NCBI GenBank assembly: GCA_951406725.2
Contig: OX597820.1
Coordinates: 71,486,001-71,550,000 of the forward strand
Length of the DNA: 64,000 nucleotides
Source: Octopus vulgaris
Lineage: Eukaryota
Direction: 5' to 3'
A program made the translations under genes and the position numbers. Shown piece by piece: positions 13,201-26,701 of this stretch (its first letter is position 1; each line of letters opens with the position of its first letter). The notes under the pieces are model-generated. The model was not told the origin of the DNA. It did no database searches and saw only the letters and a program-made list of their open reading frames with translations.

Positions 13201-13726
13201 AAACTCTGCTTGCGAAGACCTGTTGAGGCAAGTGAAATCGAAATTGAAATCAAATTCGATGACTGGCATCTATGCTAGTGGAGTGCTAAGAGTACCATAC
13301 AAGCGTGATCATTGCCAGAGCAACAAGCTGGCTTCCATGCAGATGGCATGTAAAAAGCACCATTCGAGCATGATCATTACCTGCATTGCCTTACTGGTGC
13401 TTGTGCTGGTGGCATGTGAAAAAACATTTGAGCAAGGTTGTTGCCAGTACCACTGGACTGGCTCCTGTGCAGGTGGCACATAAAAAGCACCATTTGAGCG
13501 TGGTTGCTACCAGTACCGTCTGACTGGCCCTCATGTCAGTGGCACGTAAAAGCACCCACTACACTCTTGGAGTGGTTGGCGTTAGGAAGGGCATCCAGCT
13601 GTAGAAACTCTACCACATCAGATTGGAGTCTGGTGCAGCCATCTGGTTCACCAGACCTCAGTCAAATCATCCAACCCATGCTAGCATGGAAAGCAGACGT
13701 TAAACGATGATGATGATGATGATGAT
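13201..13726 (+). mobile_element. 5'-truncated RTE LINE 3' UTR with internal ~63-66-nt tandem modules
   Basis: GGTGGCAC.T.AAAA.GCACC modules, (GAT)n tail, probable TSD ATACATACATACA on both sides. Confidence 0.85.
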
Positions 13727-14519
13727 ACATACATACATAATATGTATGTGCATGTGGTAACATCTGCTGTCTTTTATTATATCATAATATCTCATGCAAA
13801 TACTTTTCTTCTTAAATTTATTTTACCTATCATTATTGCTCTTAAACTGATTTGATAGTCTTCGTTCAAGAAGCAATTATAAACCATCTGCTGCAAAGCA
13901 TTTAGACTATTTCTTAACCAATTTCAGTTCAAAACACTTTTAGTGAATGCTTTCCAAGATTTTAAATTTAAAATTAAATGCAGAGCAATTGTAAACCTTA
14001 CATTAAATGTAAAACAAGACTGCTTCTAGACCAGTTACAGTTCAAAGCAGTTATTTTAAATGCTTGCCATAGTTTTAAATCTAACATTAAGTATAGATCA
14101 ATTATACAGTATGAATTAGACAGTCTCACAAAGTGATACATTTCTTATGTGCATTTCTTATTGTTGACTTAATAAGAAAAGGATAAATAATCAAATAAAA
14201 TATAAGATAAAAAAAAAAACTATAAAATAAACTTCAAATATTTCAGAAAATTCCTTTTTCAGCATTTTCGGTCCTGATTTCTGCTATTTTAACTGTTCAG
14301 TGTGTTTGTTGATGTCTGAAGGATGAGCTTGGCAACACATAGCTTTTATTCCTATATTGACCTTAATCTGAGTTTCAATGTCATAGCCAATGTTATGTAA
14401 ATAGAAGAGAATATCTAATTATATAAAACGGTTTTAACAAACTGCGAAGTTGAAATTTATCACCATTATCATGACCACCAGCACTTGCCATGACCTTCTA
14501 CTCCACCCCATTATCATCA

Positions 14520-15250
14520 TCCTTTTTTTAATATCTGTTTTTACATGCTAGCAATGATTGAATAGGTTTGCAATATGGCTGATCAATATTCTTCTTGATC
14601 CTGTATTACTTCTCAGTAGAGCTGAACATTCTCAGATCAGACATTGCCATTTTATTCTGTTTTCCTCAGTCATTTTCTGCTGCATTTACCTTCCATTGTT
14701 TTCACATAGCATTTTTTCACCTAACAAATTCTTTTCCCAATATATGTCTGCATCAGTACAACTAGCTTTCTCAACTTCTTGCATTTAGCCATCACATGAA
14801 AGTAACACTCCACATACAATGGGTCATAATCAAATAATTTCTCTGACCTTCATGGACTTGAATTCAGTATTATGTATATCGTGCTATATCACACATTTCA
14901 TACTGTATACTCTCTGCAGAGTAAGGGAGAGAGAGATTTGTTTTGTTGCAAAAAAAGCATTCCTTCCTAAAATATATATGTATGCATTATTTCTTGTGAG
15001 CTGACAAATATCTCATAGTGGTACACCCAGGCCATTCTTTTCACTTTCACTGCGAGCCAATGTCATTTCTTGCAGAATTTAAAATAATACTTGTCACTCA
15101 TTTTTCTGTCACATAATATTAGTACCATTTCTATTCTTTATCTTGCACATGACATAAGACTGGTTATCACTTAAGAATATTCAGATCATCCTTTTTATAT
15201 TATATTACTCGCTGGTTTCTCTTATAGTAACTGGAAACCAACTTGATGAA
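14520..15250 (-). mobile_element. Highly decayed RTE-like ORF2 remnant
   Basis: Reverse-complement similarity to the 10325-10790 ORF2 segment (LLSCDG/LREK-like, GLGVPL). Confidence 0.45.
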
Positions 15251-15799
15251 TTAAAGCCTGTAAAATGATGGTTGAAGCAGTTCATGTCAGACATCACTTT
15301 TTCCATGTACAACAGTAACAAAACATATGGTAGTTTGGTTAACAGAGTTACAGTTATCAGGAAGTTTGGTGATTAACACCTTATGACTGGCAAGAATTGT
15401 GGTCGTGAGAAGAGAGAGAAGAGAGAGGGCAAGTAATAAAAAAGTGAGATCTCTATTCGTTTTGAGATAGGCTAAGAAAGAAGTAACAGAGGTCAAAGGG
15501 AGGAGATTGATGTAAAAGGGAGAAAAGTAGTGTAAGAGAAAAAATGGCAACAAAATAGAAAAGAAAACTAGGAAGGATGAGATAGCAAAGTGAAAGTAAT
15601 AGTGGGTAGCATGGAAGAAAGTGAGAAAGTCACAGATAGGGAATGATGTAGGATAGGGAAAGAAGAATAGAATGGAATAAAATACAGCAAAACAATTAAT
15701 TACTTATGGATTAAGTACTCATACTTTGAAGTCTGAGATCAATTATTATTTTAAAATTTTCAGAAAGACTGTTATTACAGAAGTCTGTCCAATAACAAA

Positions 15800-16450
15800 A
15801 AATGATTTATAGAGTAGTGTACTCAATAAACAGGCATCTACAAACAGGCATCTATGGCCAAGTAGTTCCCTCCTCCATGGATTAGTAAGGTTGGAAAAGC
15901 ACAAGCAGGAATGGAATTCCAAATGGATGAAGCTTAGAGGGATAGTTTTAATAAGAGAGATGGATTTGATTTATGTTCTATAAAATCTGAAAACTGGGAA
16001 GTTATAGGCATGATGGTTAAGAAGAGAAATAGATAAGTGAGTCTAAATGGAACAGGTTTTCAGATAGAAAGTTCAGAGGAGCAGAGGCTGGTGTAGATAT
16101 GTGTGCATGCATGTATATGAGTGAGTGATAGAGAGAGAGAGAGAGAGTATGTGTGTGTGTGTGTGAGAAAGAGAGAGAGAAACATGTGTGAAAGTTGAGT
16201 TTAGTTATTTGAGTATGTTGGTGAATGATCCTTTACCAGTCAGCTGAATAGCCTTTTCAAAAGTGACAGAGATGTTGTCTGTCATGTTTGTTTTTTATGT
16301 ATGTATTTCAGTGGGACATTTCAACATATCTGAATAATACTGTAATATGAGTTACAGCTGAAATTTATTAGGGGCTCAGCAAGTGATTAGTTTTGAAGTA
16401 TTTTCTGGATCTGAATATGGAATTTAGTCTTTTGGACACTGTCTTTGCAA
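15800..16450 (-). mobile_element. Decayed CR1/L2-type LINE remnant
   Basis: Minus strand resembles a LINE ORF2 C-terminus (..IWNSIPACAFP..); no long frame. Confidence 0.35.
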
Positions 16451-19036
16451 TGTTTTATATTTGAAATCTCCATGAGATAATGTAAGACTGTAAAACCCAC
16501 CACTCATAGTAACTTTGTTTTAGCTGTGTGTTCAAGAACTGACAACTTGATATAACTACACATATCTATGACTACTTCTTTGATATATGTAGTCATCATG
16601 TCTTAGTTCTATCGAAAGAGCATATCTTGTGTGTGTGTGTAGAATCTGTGGAGAGAAATAATCCAAAAAAGATGATGAACATATGGATGGACTAGCATAA
16701 AAGACAATCAAACCTTGACAGACACCAGAGGCAGCTCTGTCGAAGCTAAAGTAAAGTACATGGTGAGAAAAAGTATAATTAGAGAATTTTAATAATTCTT
16801 CAGAAGTATGGGGAGCCAACTTCAAGTGTGCATCGTTTGTAATGTTCTAATCACATTTTATTCTACTTCAGTTTGTTATTGCCACACATTAAATATTCTG
16901 AGATCCACTATAATCAGAATTATCTAATTTCTAAATATACTATTTTTCTATATCAAAATGCATTTCCATCTTTCTGTGATTTGTTTGCTGGCTCTCTCAA
17001 GCTATGACATTTCTTTACTTCACTCATGGTGATGATGAGAAAATAAGGTGGAAACAACTATTCAGAGTTGTGTTTCATACTTGTTGTGACCAGTTTTTTT
17101 TTCTTGATATATATATTTGTTTCATGCATTAAATACCTGAAACATATCCACTTGAGATTTAAAGTTGAGTATTCTGCTTGAAAAGATGCAGAGCTGCAAT
17201 AAATGCAAATTTATCAAAGTCATTAATCAATTCAGTTTAGAATATTTTGTTCTAACTTAACAAGAATTGTAATGAACATGTTAACATTTGGGGGCTTTAT
17301 GTTTGAGTTTTATTCATTTATTAGAAATGTAACATCAAAGTTACATGCTTTATTCGGTTTCTAGTTCTGCAGATGACTGATTATATACTCACTTAAAATG
17401 ATAATGCTAACTTTCTGAAAAATAAGATAAGATAAATCACTAATGTACTGGCTATATGTAGGAGACAGGTGGCAAGTGTTATAAATGAGAAAGAGAGTGA
17501 AAGACAGAAGCAATCATTGTAATTGTCTAGCTTAAAATGATTAATGGCTTAATGTCCTAATAGCCTACATTGAAACTGTAAGTTAAATATGACAAAAAAG
17601 TGAAGTGTTTTGAAATGATCTGATAGAATTGAGTAACTTTTATGCCAAAAAAATTGAAAGGGGCTCTGTAGTAACCAAGTATTGTATTCTATAGGTTCAT
17701 TCAACCCATCTGAACATTAGAAATGCAATTTCTGATTACAATTGTAATAGCACATGCTAAAGAATTTTGATTTGGTTAGCCTTTTTGAATACCAAAGATG
17801 AATGTGTATCAAAGCTACATGGATGGATAAATCCATTGCATACCATTTTAGTTACATTTCAGTCAAAATAGAGTGATGGAATGGCAGATATACTAGAGTA
17901 CTTAACTAAATGTCCACCTTGATTTCATAAAAGAATTACCAGTTATACACTGAAGCTGATTCTATTGATTATTCCTTACCTATATATTTGTATTCCTTAC
18001 CTGTATATTTTATAGTAATGTAAATAAAATTAAAAATAGCTTTGGTTGGTACATGCTACAATTTGTAATTACTGAAGAGATTTTATAAACATAAAGTTAT
18101 GTATATATACACACACATTGATGCACAACAGTTATAACTATGATAATACACACATATATACTAATAAAATGATAAAATACTTATAAAATCTGACAAAATA
18201 TACTGGAAAATATCAACAAAAACATTGTTTAATATTAGAAATAATAACAACATTAAGAACTCTTTTATGTTGGCTTATATTAAAATATCATCAAACACAT
18301 GAACTTGTTCACATCTGCACCTGAAAATGTTTATCAACTTATTGAACTAATTTATAACTTTGAAAATTGAGGTTTTCTTTTTTTACTTTTTTGATTACAT
18401 AAAATAGACAAAATATTGTAAAATTAAGAATTTATTATATACTGATGTATGCAGATTAGTGTTCTCAGTTGTTATAGTTACAAGCCTTTCTATATATTTT
18501 TAGTTTTTAGATATTTAACAGTTTTAGCAATTATATAATTTTTATACATATGGTAGCTGTTAATAATGCATATTTGAAAAGCAGGAAATATTATTTTATA
18601 ATTGCTTCACAGTATATCAAAATGTGAATTAATTAACGCTGAATGTATGAAATCTTTACACTTTGTTATTAGAAATTAAATGGAATATCTCCAAACTTGA
18701 ACCAAGGAATAAATATAGCCCAAAATAATATTTGATCCAAGTTATTTGGAATATATTCTAATTTGTATTACTCTTACTAAAAATAAAATGCTTTATGAAT
18801 AAAAATGATGTGATGCTTGATTTTTTAATTTAATTTCTTGTTCACAAAATGTAATTAATAGGTATAATTCAGTAAGTTTAATATTATCATCTATAAATTA
18901 AAATATTGGAAAAATGTATCAAATTATATGAAAGAAATTATGAATGCTTTTATGAACTGATATGTTGCTCATGCTCATCAGTTTGTAACTGTGCATTTTG
19001 ATGTATGTCAACTTTTTACTATTTCCTCTATTGTAG

Positions 19037-19073
19037 CCAATTATATTTGGCAAGGAAATATTCATCTCAAGTT
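19037..19073 (+). CDS. Candidate 37-nt coding exon (..QLYLARKYSSQV)
   Basis: Acceptor tttcctctattgtAG, donor GTT|gtaagt; phase-compatible with the 4951-5022 exon (TG+C). Confidence 0.45.
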
Positions 19074-19229
19074 GTAAGTGAAATTAGCCACACATGCCAA
19101 AGTGAATTTCACTGTAGGTGAAAGATCAAGAAATTATTAATCTACTTGCCAAAATTACTAAATTAAGCAGTTGTTATTTTACTTACACTGTACTGCTAGA
19201 TAAGTGAATTTTATTTAAACTTTCCTTCA

Positions 19230-19268
19230 TCTCTCTCTCTCTCTCTCTCAGGCATGCATGCACGCACG

Positions 19269-19325
<57 letters not shown>
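19230..19325. repeat. Compound (CT)n/(GCAC)n/(CA)n microsatellite
   Basis: Direct inspection. Confidence 0.95.
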
Positions 19326-19327
<2 letters not shown>

Positions 19328-21529
19328 GTGTGTATATACTAAATCTCTTTTGCATACTGAAATATAAAACAGTAATTTACTTTTCTTTGAAGCAAAGAGC
19401 AAGCATTACTTTATTTTTGAATGGCATTTTCAACATGTTAATAAATCTATAGTTGCAGATAACTGGTGCCAAGAGAAAGAAAAGTAAAAGGATAAAAACT
19501 AGTTACCATAAATCAGCATCAATTGAAAGAGAATAAAAATTTCTGATATATATTTATTTTTTGAAAATTAATTGAAATAAAACTTCATAGACACTTTCTG
19601 GAGAAATTAAGGCTCAACTATAATTCAAATGCAATTTGATTGTAGAGAGAAAAGTGACGTTAAAAATATTTTTATTGGTTGGAAAATATTACCTAATTTG
19701 ATTCTTGTAGTTCAGTATTTGCCATTTAGTTTTGCCGTGTATAGAAATGACTAAATCAATGATGTTAGGTTATTGTTCTATTTTTGTGCACTGTTAACAC
19801 AAAGTATTTGCAGCAGTTACTCATAATTATTTTAGCTTCCCTTTTGCCTCATCTCCTTAAAGTAAACCAGCCACATCTGGTTGACTTGGCAAAGATTTGG
19901 TGAAGATATTACTAGCCAACTGAGACATTCTCTTCTAATACTCTGTTGATGCATTCTGCTTCTCTAAACCAGCAATCTGTGTACCATTTCTGCCCCAGCT
20001 CGTTCAATGTAAGCATCATCATCCCTACTAAATCACCAAATCCTACACTAAACACTTTGCACAAACATTTTTCTGGAATTCCTTTCCGGCCCAAAATTTC
20101 CCTGAGGTACCAACATACAGAATGCCAGCATGATCATCAACCACATTAATGTCACCTGCAAAAGTTATTAGTACTTCTACTCCTTTGACTAAAGATAATG
20201 AATATGTATGCATGCATGCACACATACATTCACCACATACACAAATGCACATGCTCAAATACTGATATGTATGCTTGTGTGTGCAAGCATAGAGATTTGT
20301 ATTTACTGATAATGTGAAAAAATAGAGTGAAGTGTATGCTGTAAATAATGAAAAAAAATGTTAAAAATATACACAGACATTGATTGTAATATTAAAAGTG
20401 CTGCTATATGAAGCCTGACATATGGTGTTTGATTTACTTTCAATGTTTGAGAGACTATGATTTATACGTACATAAGATAAGAAGCAAAGTTAACCTCAAA
20501 ATAACTAAATATTAGAATTGCATCAGTTAGCAATAAGAGGAAACTCAGAAAAGTCATTTTAGAAGCAATGCAGTAGACTCATAAAGCAGCAAGTCTTTGA
20601 CATAATATCTGTCAACAAGAATTGGTTACTAGGAAGGTTGTCAAGTTGATGATAACAAATCTTCTCTAAAATAAATTCAACAGTTATTGAAAGGACAATA
20701 AATTTGAAGCATCCTTCAAATGTGCAGGAAGGGTTCATTATGAAACATTAAGTATTTACAAATGTTGTCGTCTTGTCCATGTAAAATTATTAACAATAGT
20801 GATTGGAATGTCTATGTACACACACACACAAATGCATGCACATGCACACACATATGTACACACATGTGTGCACGCACACACACACACAATAATCTAATAA
20901 TATGTTTGCAATTATTGTCATGGTTAAGAGAGCCAAAAGGAAAATTTACAAAGATCATAAGAGAAACAATTAAGGAAGAAAAGTTGGAGCAATTAGTGTA
21001 GTAACATCATTGTCACTTTGTACAACTGCATAACATAGACTACAGACCCTGAAATAAATCAAAGTGTCAATTCAAAGTAGAAGAAGCAAAGTGAAGAAGA
21101 ATTAGGTTGGACAATTAAATCATGACAATAAAATTTCATAGATCCGTAAGGGATCTGGATGCATTAAAAATACTGCATGGCAGATTCATTTAACTCATCC
21201 CATGATAGAACAATAACTTTGTATTGATAGAATGTTGGCCAGCACATTCAAAATCAAATGAAAATAGAATATTTAACAATTAGGTACTCTCTCTTTAAAA
21301 TAGATATTTTGTATTTATTTTTCAAAAGTGAAGGAATAACTAAAAAATGGTTTGTAGGTGTGGCTGTGTGATAAAAAGCTTGCTTCCAACCACATGAGCA
21401 TGGGTTCAGTCCCTCTGCATGGCACCTTGGGAAAGTGACTTCTACTAAAGCCACAAGTCAAGCAAAGCCTTGTGAGTTGATTTGGTAGACAGAAAATAAA
21501 AGAAGCCCATCCTATATATCATCATATAT

Positions 21530-22272
21530 AAAGCATTGATCAAAGAACAAACATGAAATTTGAGTCAACGATTTTATATATAATGTCACACCTCCAAACA
21601 TTTGATCATATATAAATATTACCATGGTCTTTCAACATATATAAAGAATACATATATAAAAAAAACTCAGAAGGACGGCCTATCAAGAAGGTATATACAA
21701 TTGACTAAAAATTCCTAAAGTGTGTCATGCAACTAAAAATCAATTGACTAAAAAGATTTTTCATACTCCCTACAAATAAAAAAAAATATGTCAAATAAGT
21801 TCATTTCATAAAAACCATGTTAGGCTGGAGACCAGGAGTGTAAAAGAGTTCCGCAAAATCAAGTCAGTGTGGCCATAGATGTGTTTGACTTGATTTTGCA
21901 GAACACTTTTATGCTCCTGGAGTCCAACCTACCATGGTTTTTATGAAATGAACTTATTTGACATATATCTTTTTGTTTATGGGGAGTAAGAAAAATCTTT
22001 TTAGTCAATTGATATTTTATTTTATTTAGACTTTTAGTTGCATGACACGCTTTAGAATTTTTAGTCAATTGTATATACCTTCTTGATGGGTTGTTCTATA
22101 TATCTGTATTTTTATTTGCATATATATTTTTTACCTTCTCAGGTTTTTTTATATATGTATTCTTTATATGTTGAAAGGCCATGGTAATATTTATATATGA
22201 TCAAATGTTTGGAGGCGTGGTGTTATGTTTAAAGTTATTGACTCAAATTTGCTTGTTCTCTGATCAACGTTT
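21530..22272. mobile_element. ~740-bp palindromic foldback/MITE-like element
   Basis: Arm ~21530-21866 is the reverse complement of ~21886-22272 (e.g. AAATAAGTTCATTTCATAAAAACCATG / CATGGTTTTTATGAAATGAACTTATTT); ~19-nt loop; a few indels. Confidence 0.85.
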
Positions 22273-22365
22273 TTTATCTCCATCTCAGTTACATTTGAAC
22301 ACTTCTTATTTGCAGTTTTATAAACCCTTTTGTCTCCTTAAAAAGAGGCAAAATTATCTCTTGTC

Positions 22366-22405
<40 letters not shown>

Positions 22406-22411
22406 CTTATA

Positions 22412-22511
22412 AAGAATGTTTTTGACAGTGACTTTGAAGTTTCCTCCAGCTAAGGCATTGTTGGACGGCTTAACTGACCAACCCTTCGAAGTCACAGTCA
22501 GCAACATTCTT
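22412..22511. repeat. 100-bp imperfect hairpin
   Basis: AAGAATGTTTTTGACAGTGACTTTGAAG pairs with CTTCGAAGTCACAGTCAGCAACATTCTT; inner CAGCTAAG/CTTAACTG pair. Confidence 0.8.
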
Positions 22512-22828
22512 GTTTGAAAATAATAAATTTGTACTCTACAAAAATATAAATTAACCCATTAGACCAATGTAAAACTTTAGTGTGTGTGTGTGTGTGTGAG
22601 TGTGTGTGCGTGAGTGTTGTTGTGTCTATGTCCCCACCCCCGCCACTGCTTGACAACCAGTGTTTAAGTCCCTTTAACTTAGCATTTCAGCAAAAGAGAC
22701 TGATGGAATAAGTATCAGGCTTAAAAATAAAAAGAAGTACTGGAGCTGATACATTTGACTAAGAGTTCTTCAAGTCAGTGCCCAGCATGGCTGCAGTCTA
22801 CTGACTAAAACAAGTAAAAGAAGATAAA

Positions 22829-22884
<56 letters not shown>

Positions 22885-22934
22885 TATATATATTTATATA
22901 TATATATATATATATAGATAGATAGATAGATGGA

Positions 22935-23627
22935 TGGTAGACCCAGGAAGACCTGGGATGAGGTGGTGAAGCATGACCTTCGAATATTGGGCCTCACCAA
23001 GGCAATGACTAGTGACTGAGACCTTTGGAAATATGCTGTGCTTGAGAAGACCCAGCAAGCCAAGTGAGACCATAACCTGTGGCCTTATGTGTTGCTTGCG
23101 AAGACCAGTTGAGGCAAGTGAAATCACAATCAAAATCAAATTTGCTGATGTGGCCAATGACAGCACTGCCTGACTGGCAGCCATGCCAGTGGAACATTAA
23201 AAGCACCATCTAAGCATGATCGTTGCCAGGGCTGCTGACTGGCTCCTATACCTGTGGCACATAAAAAGCACCATTCGAGCGTGATCATTACCAGCATTGC
23301 CTTACTGGCACTTGTGCTGGTGGCACGTGAAAAACAGCATTCAAGTAAGGTCGTTGCCAGTGCCACCGGACTGGCTCCTGTGCAGGTGGCACATAAAAAA
23401 CACCATTTGAGTGTGGCCATCACCAGTACCGCCTGACTGGCCCTCGTGCTGGTAGCACGTAAAAGCACCCACTATGCTCTTGGAGTGGTTGGCATTAGGA
23501 AGGGCACCCAGCTGTAGAAATTGTGCTAGATTAGATTGAAGCCTGGTGCAACCTTCTGGCTCACCAGTCCTCAGTCAAATCGTCCAACCCATGTCATGGA
23601 AAGTGGGTGTTAAATGATGATGATGAC
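22935..23627 (+). mobile_element. 5'-truncated RTE LINE (ORF2 end + modular 3' UTR)
   Basis: GRPRKTWDEVVKHDLRILGL..AVLEKTQQAK* then ~5 tandem modules and a (GAT)n tail. Confidence 0.9.
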
Positions 23628-23637
23628 ATAGATATAT

Positions 23638-23709
<72 letters not shown>

Positions 23710-24799
23710 ATGTGTGCATGTGTGTGTATATATATACATATATTACATATACACACAATCATATATATATTTCTTTTAGGTATGTTATTTCCAGAGTAAT
23801 ATGAATATTATAGATTAACTTCTATTTTTACTTACTCTAGTTTGCAACTGATTTATTTACATATCATTTGACTTGGATTCAAATCAAAAATAATTTATTT
23901 CTGAAGATTTACTTCAGAAGAATAAGTAGATAAGAATGCTGAAATTTTGTATGCTTGTTCCCTTAAGCCTCACCATGAAAAATTATATGAACTGTAGATA
24001 AACTCTACTGACTTTGAGGTTGGGGACTATATAACGGTTTCTAATTTAGGCACAAGGAGAGTGGTAATTTATCCTATTAACCCTCAAAGAATGAAAGATG
24101 AAGTTGATCTCAGCAAGATTTGAACTTAAGATGTAAGGCAGCTGGAGAAATGCCACAAGGCATTTTTTCTGGAATGTCACCAAGCATTTTATCTTTAAAA
24201 AACATGTATATGAGAGTTGTGTTTGTAATGCTTCGTGTGTGTCATCTGCAGTGGGAACAAGGGCAGTTTTCTCTATGAAGGACTTTTGTAGTCTATCCAC
24301 TTTACAACCATTAAGGTCTATAGGGAAAAATGTATATGTACATGAAAGAAAACAGAAAGGACCTGCATGCAGTGCTGTTAACAGAGGTTTAACAACATCA
24401 TTGCACACAAAAACATGAGTCCAAGAAGAAAAACTTCTTCAAGGCAGAGCTAGAAATGCAATTGTCAAGTAGGTAAGCAGTTTTAAACAGCAGTGATATA
24501 TTCAAAATTGGTAAAACTAAAACTTGCAAAGGATAAATCAAATTTATTATTGTTACTCAATACGTTAGTCTTATTTAATTTCTGAATGGTCTTGTTGCTG
24601 TTTGTCTATGTAGTTTGATTCCTTAATCCGTTAGTTTCTACTAAGATAGACACAAGTTAAACTATTAATAGAGAAACAAAAATATAACTTTGGAAACAGC
24701 AATGCCTCCATAACTTATGTGGAAACCATGAGCATGCTTTCAAGGGAGATAATCAGAGAAAGACTTGAAAGTCAAAGATTGTAATACCTCATGTAAAGT

Positions 24800-25000
24800 A
24801 AATATAACAAATAATCTAAAATCCTTGTCTGGTACCAAATCAATCCCAAAATCTAATCAGTTTGTGAGTCATGAGGCCAAATATCCCTGAAAGTTTCATC
24901 CAAATCTATCCAGTGATTCTTGAGATATCTTGCCCATGGACAAATGAACAAACAAACACGACTGAAAACAATACCTCTGCCTTTGCTAAGGTGGAGGTAA
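24800..25000 (+). mobile_element. Helentron-associated (DINE/DTC-like) non-autonomous element, 3' part
   Basis: Motifs AAAATCTAATCAG..AAGTTTCAT..AAATC, (ACAA)n tract, terminal hairpin ACCTCTGCCTT-TGCT-AAGGTGGAGGT (24973-24998). Confidence 0.65.
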
Positions 25001-25006
25001 TAATAA

Positions 25007-25448
25007 TCCTTTCTACTATGGGCACAAGGCCTGAAATTTTGGGGGAGGGGGATAATCAATTACATCGACCCTAGTGCTCAATGGGTACTTATTTTATCAA
25101 CCCTGAAAAGATGAAAGGTAAAGTTGACCTTAGCAGAATTTGAAATCAGAATATAGATGAAACGTCACTAAGCAACTAGCCTGGAGTGCTAACGATCCTG
25201 TCAGTTCACCGCCTTGATAAAAATAATAATAATAATCCTTTTTACTATAAGCACAAGGCCTGAAATTTGGGAGTTGGTGACTAGTTGGTTACATTAACCC
25301 CAGTGCTTCACTGGTATTTCATTTATTGACCCCAATAGGATGAAAGGCAAAGTTGACCTTGGTAGAATTTCAACTCAGATTGTAAGGATAGACAAAATGC
25401 CACTAAGCATTTCATGTGGCATGCTAACAATTCTGCCAGTTTGCCACT

Positions 25449-25483
<35 letters not shown>

Positions 25484-25818
25484 CTTTTCTACTATTGGCA
25501 CAAGGCCTGAAATTTTTGTAGGGCTGGGGTTAGTCAATTACATCAACCCCAGGGCTCAACTTGTACATATTTTATTGATCCCTAAAGGATGAGAGGTGGC
25601 ATTTAAACTTAGACCATAAAGATAGACAACATGCTGCTAAGCAGCATTTTGTCTGGCATGCTAAGAGTTCTGCTAGCATGTCATCTTCACAATAATAACA
25701 ATAATAATCATAATAACGACAGTAATAACATATGGTTTCCAATTTTTAGCACAAAGCCAGCAATTTTAGGGGCTAAACAGTTTTGTCTATGCTAATGATT
25801 CTTCTAGTTTGCTACCTT
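25007..25818 (-). mobile_element. Head-to-tail tandem of tRNA-derived SINE family B copies (25007-25215, 25236-25450, 25482-25688, partial 25733-25818) separated by (AAT)n
   Basis: Repeated CTTT.TACTAT.GGCACAAGGCCTGAAATTT..GATGAAAGG.AAAGTTGACC..GAATTTGAACTCAG..CTAAGCA units. Confidence 0.88.
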
Positions 25819-26324
25819 AATAAAAATGAAAATAATAAAAATAAAAATAATAAGAATAATGATAATAATGATGATAGTTACTTTTATCAATTTCAATATG
25901 AGTGTTTAGAGAAAAGGCTTTAAAAAAATAGAAACTATATCTATTTATGATGAATGCATGAATGTAATTTGATTCCAGGTATGGATTTTGCTATGAAGTC
26001 ACATTGAGGTCAATGATGATTTTTATTTTGCCTAGGATTGGACAATTACAGGATACAGTTCTTCATTGTTCTGTTTCTTTAACTCAAATTGCTTAGATGC
26101 ACCCAGATTGTCTTTTCTCCATGTAGCATTAACATGCATTTGAGGATAGACATTTTGGTCGAAAGAACGTGATAGGTGTAGAGTCGTATGATGATGAGAA
26201 CAGGCAAAGGGCATTGTTGGAAGTTTCTAGACAAAGTCTCACATAGGCAGCACAGAGTGTGATGGCCTTGTTCTAGTAAAATCCAAGACTTGTGTTCTTT
26301 GCTGTGTGGCAAGCAGTCCTAAAA

Positions 26325-26537
26325 TCACCCATGCTGGTACCACATATAAAGCACTGGTGCTGATACCATGTAATAGCACTGATGCTGGTGTCACGTAAAA
26401 AGCACCTAGTACACTCTGTAAAGTGGCTGGTGTCATAGAAACCATGCTAGAACAGCTCTCTGGCTGGCAAGCTCCTGTCAAACTAACCAATCCATGCCAA
26501 CATGGAAAATGGTTGTTAAGTGTTGATGATGATGATG
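26325..26537 (+). mobile_element. Short RTE LINE 3' end
   Basis: GGTGTCACGTAAAAAGCACC module, RTE 3' terminus and (GAT)n tail. Confidence 0.7.
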
Positions 26538-26701
26538 CCTGATTCTCTGATACTGGAGGCAGTGTGAGAAAAGAAACTCTAAAAAACTCTTATCTTCAAT
26601 AAGCTTGGCATTAAGTGCAGATCTTTAGCCATCTAGTTTATTGCACAAAGATGAGAAAATAAAACAGATAATAAAAATATTAATAATAATAATAATAACA
26701 A

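Larger units (their letters stand above)
21355..22828 (+). mobile_element. tRNA-derived SINE family A, split by insertions in its central microsatellite (head 21355-21510, tail 22581-22828)
   Basis: Head TGGCTGTGTG..GGGTTCAGTCCC (A/B-box-like) and tail CAGCATGGC.GCAGTC..TGACT.AAACAAGTAAAAG match the uninterrupted copy at 33256-33668. Confidence 0.75.
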
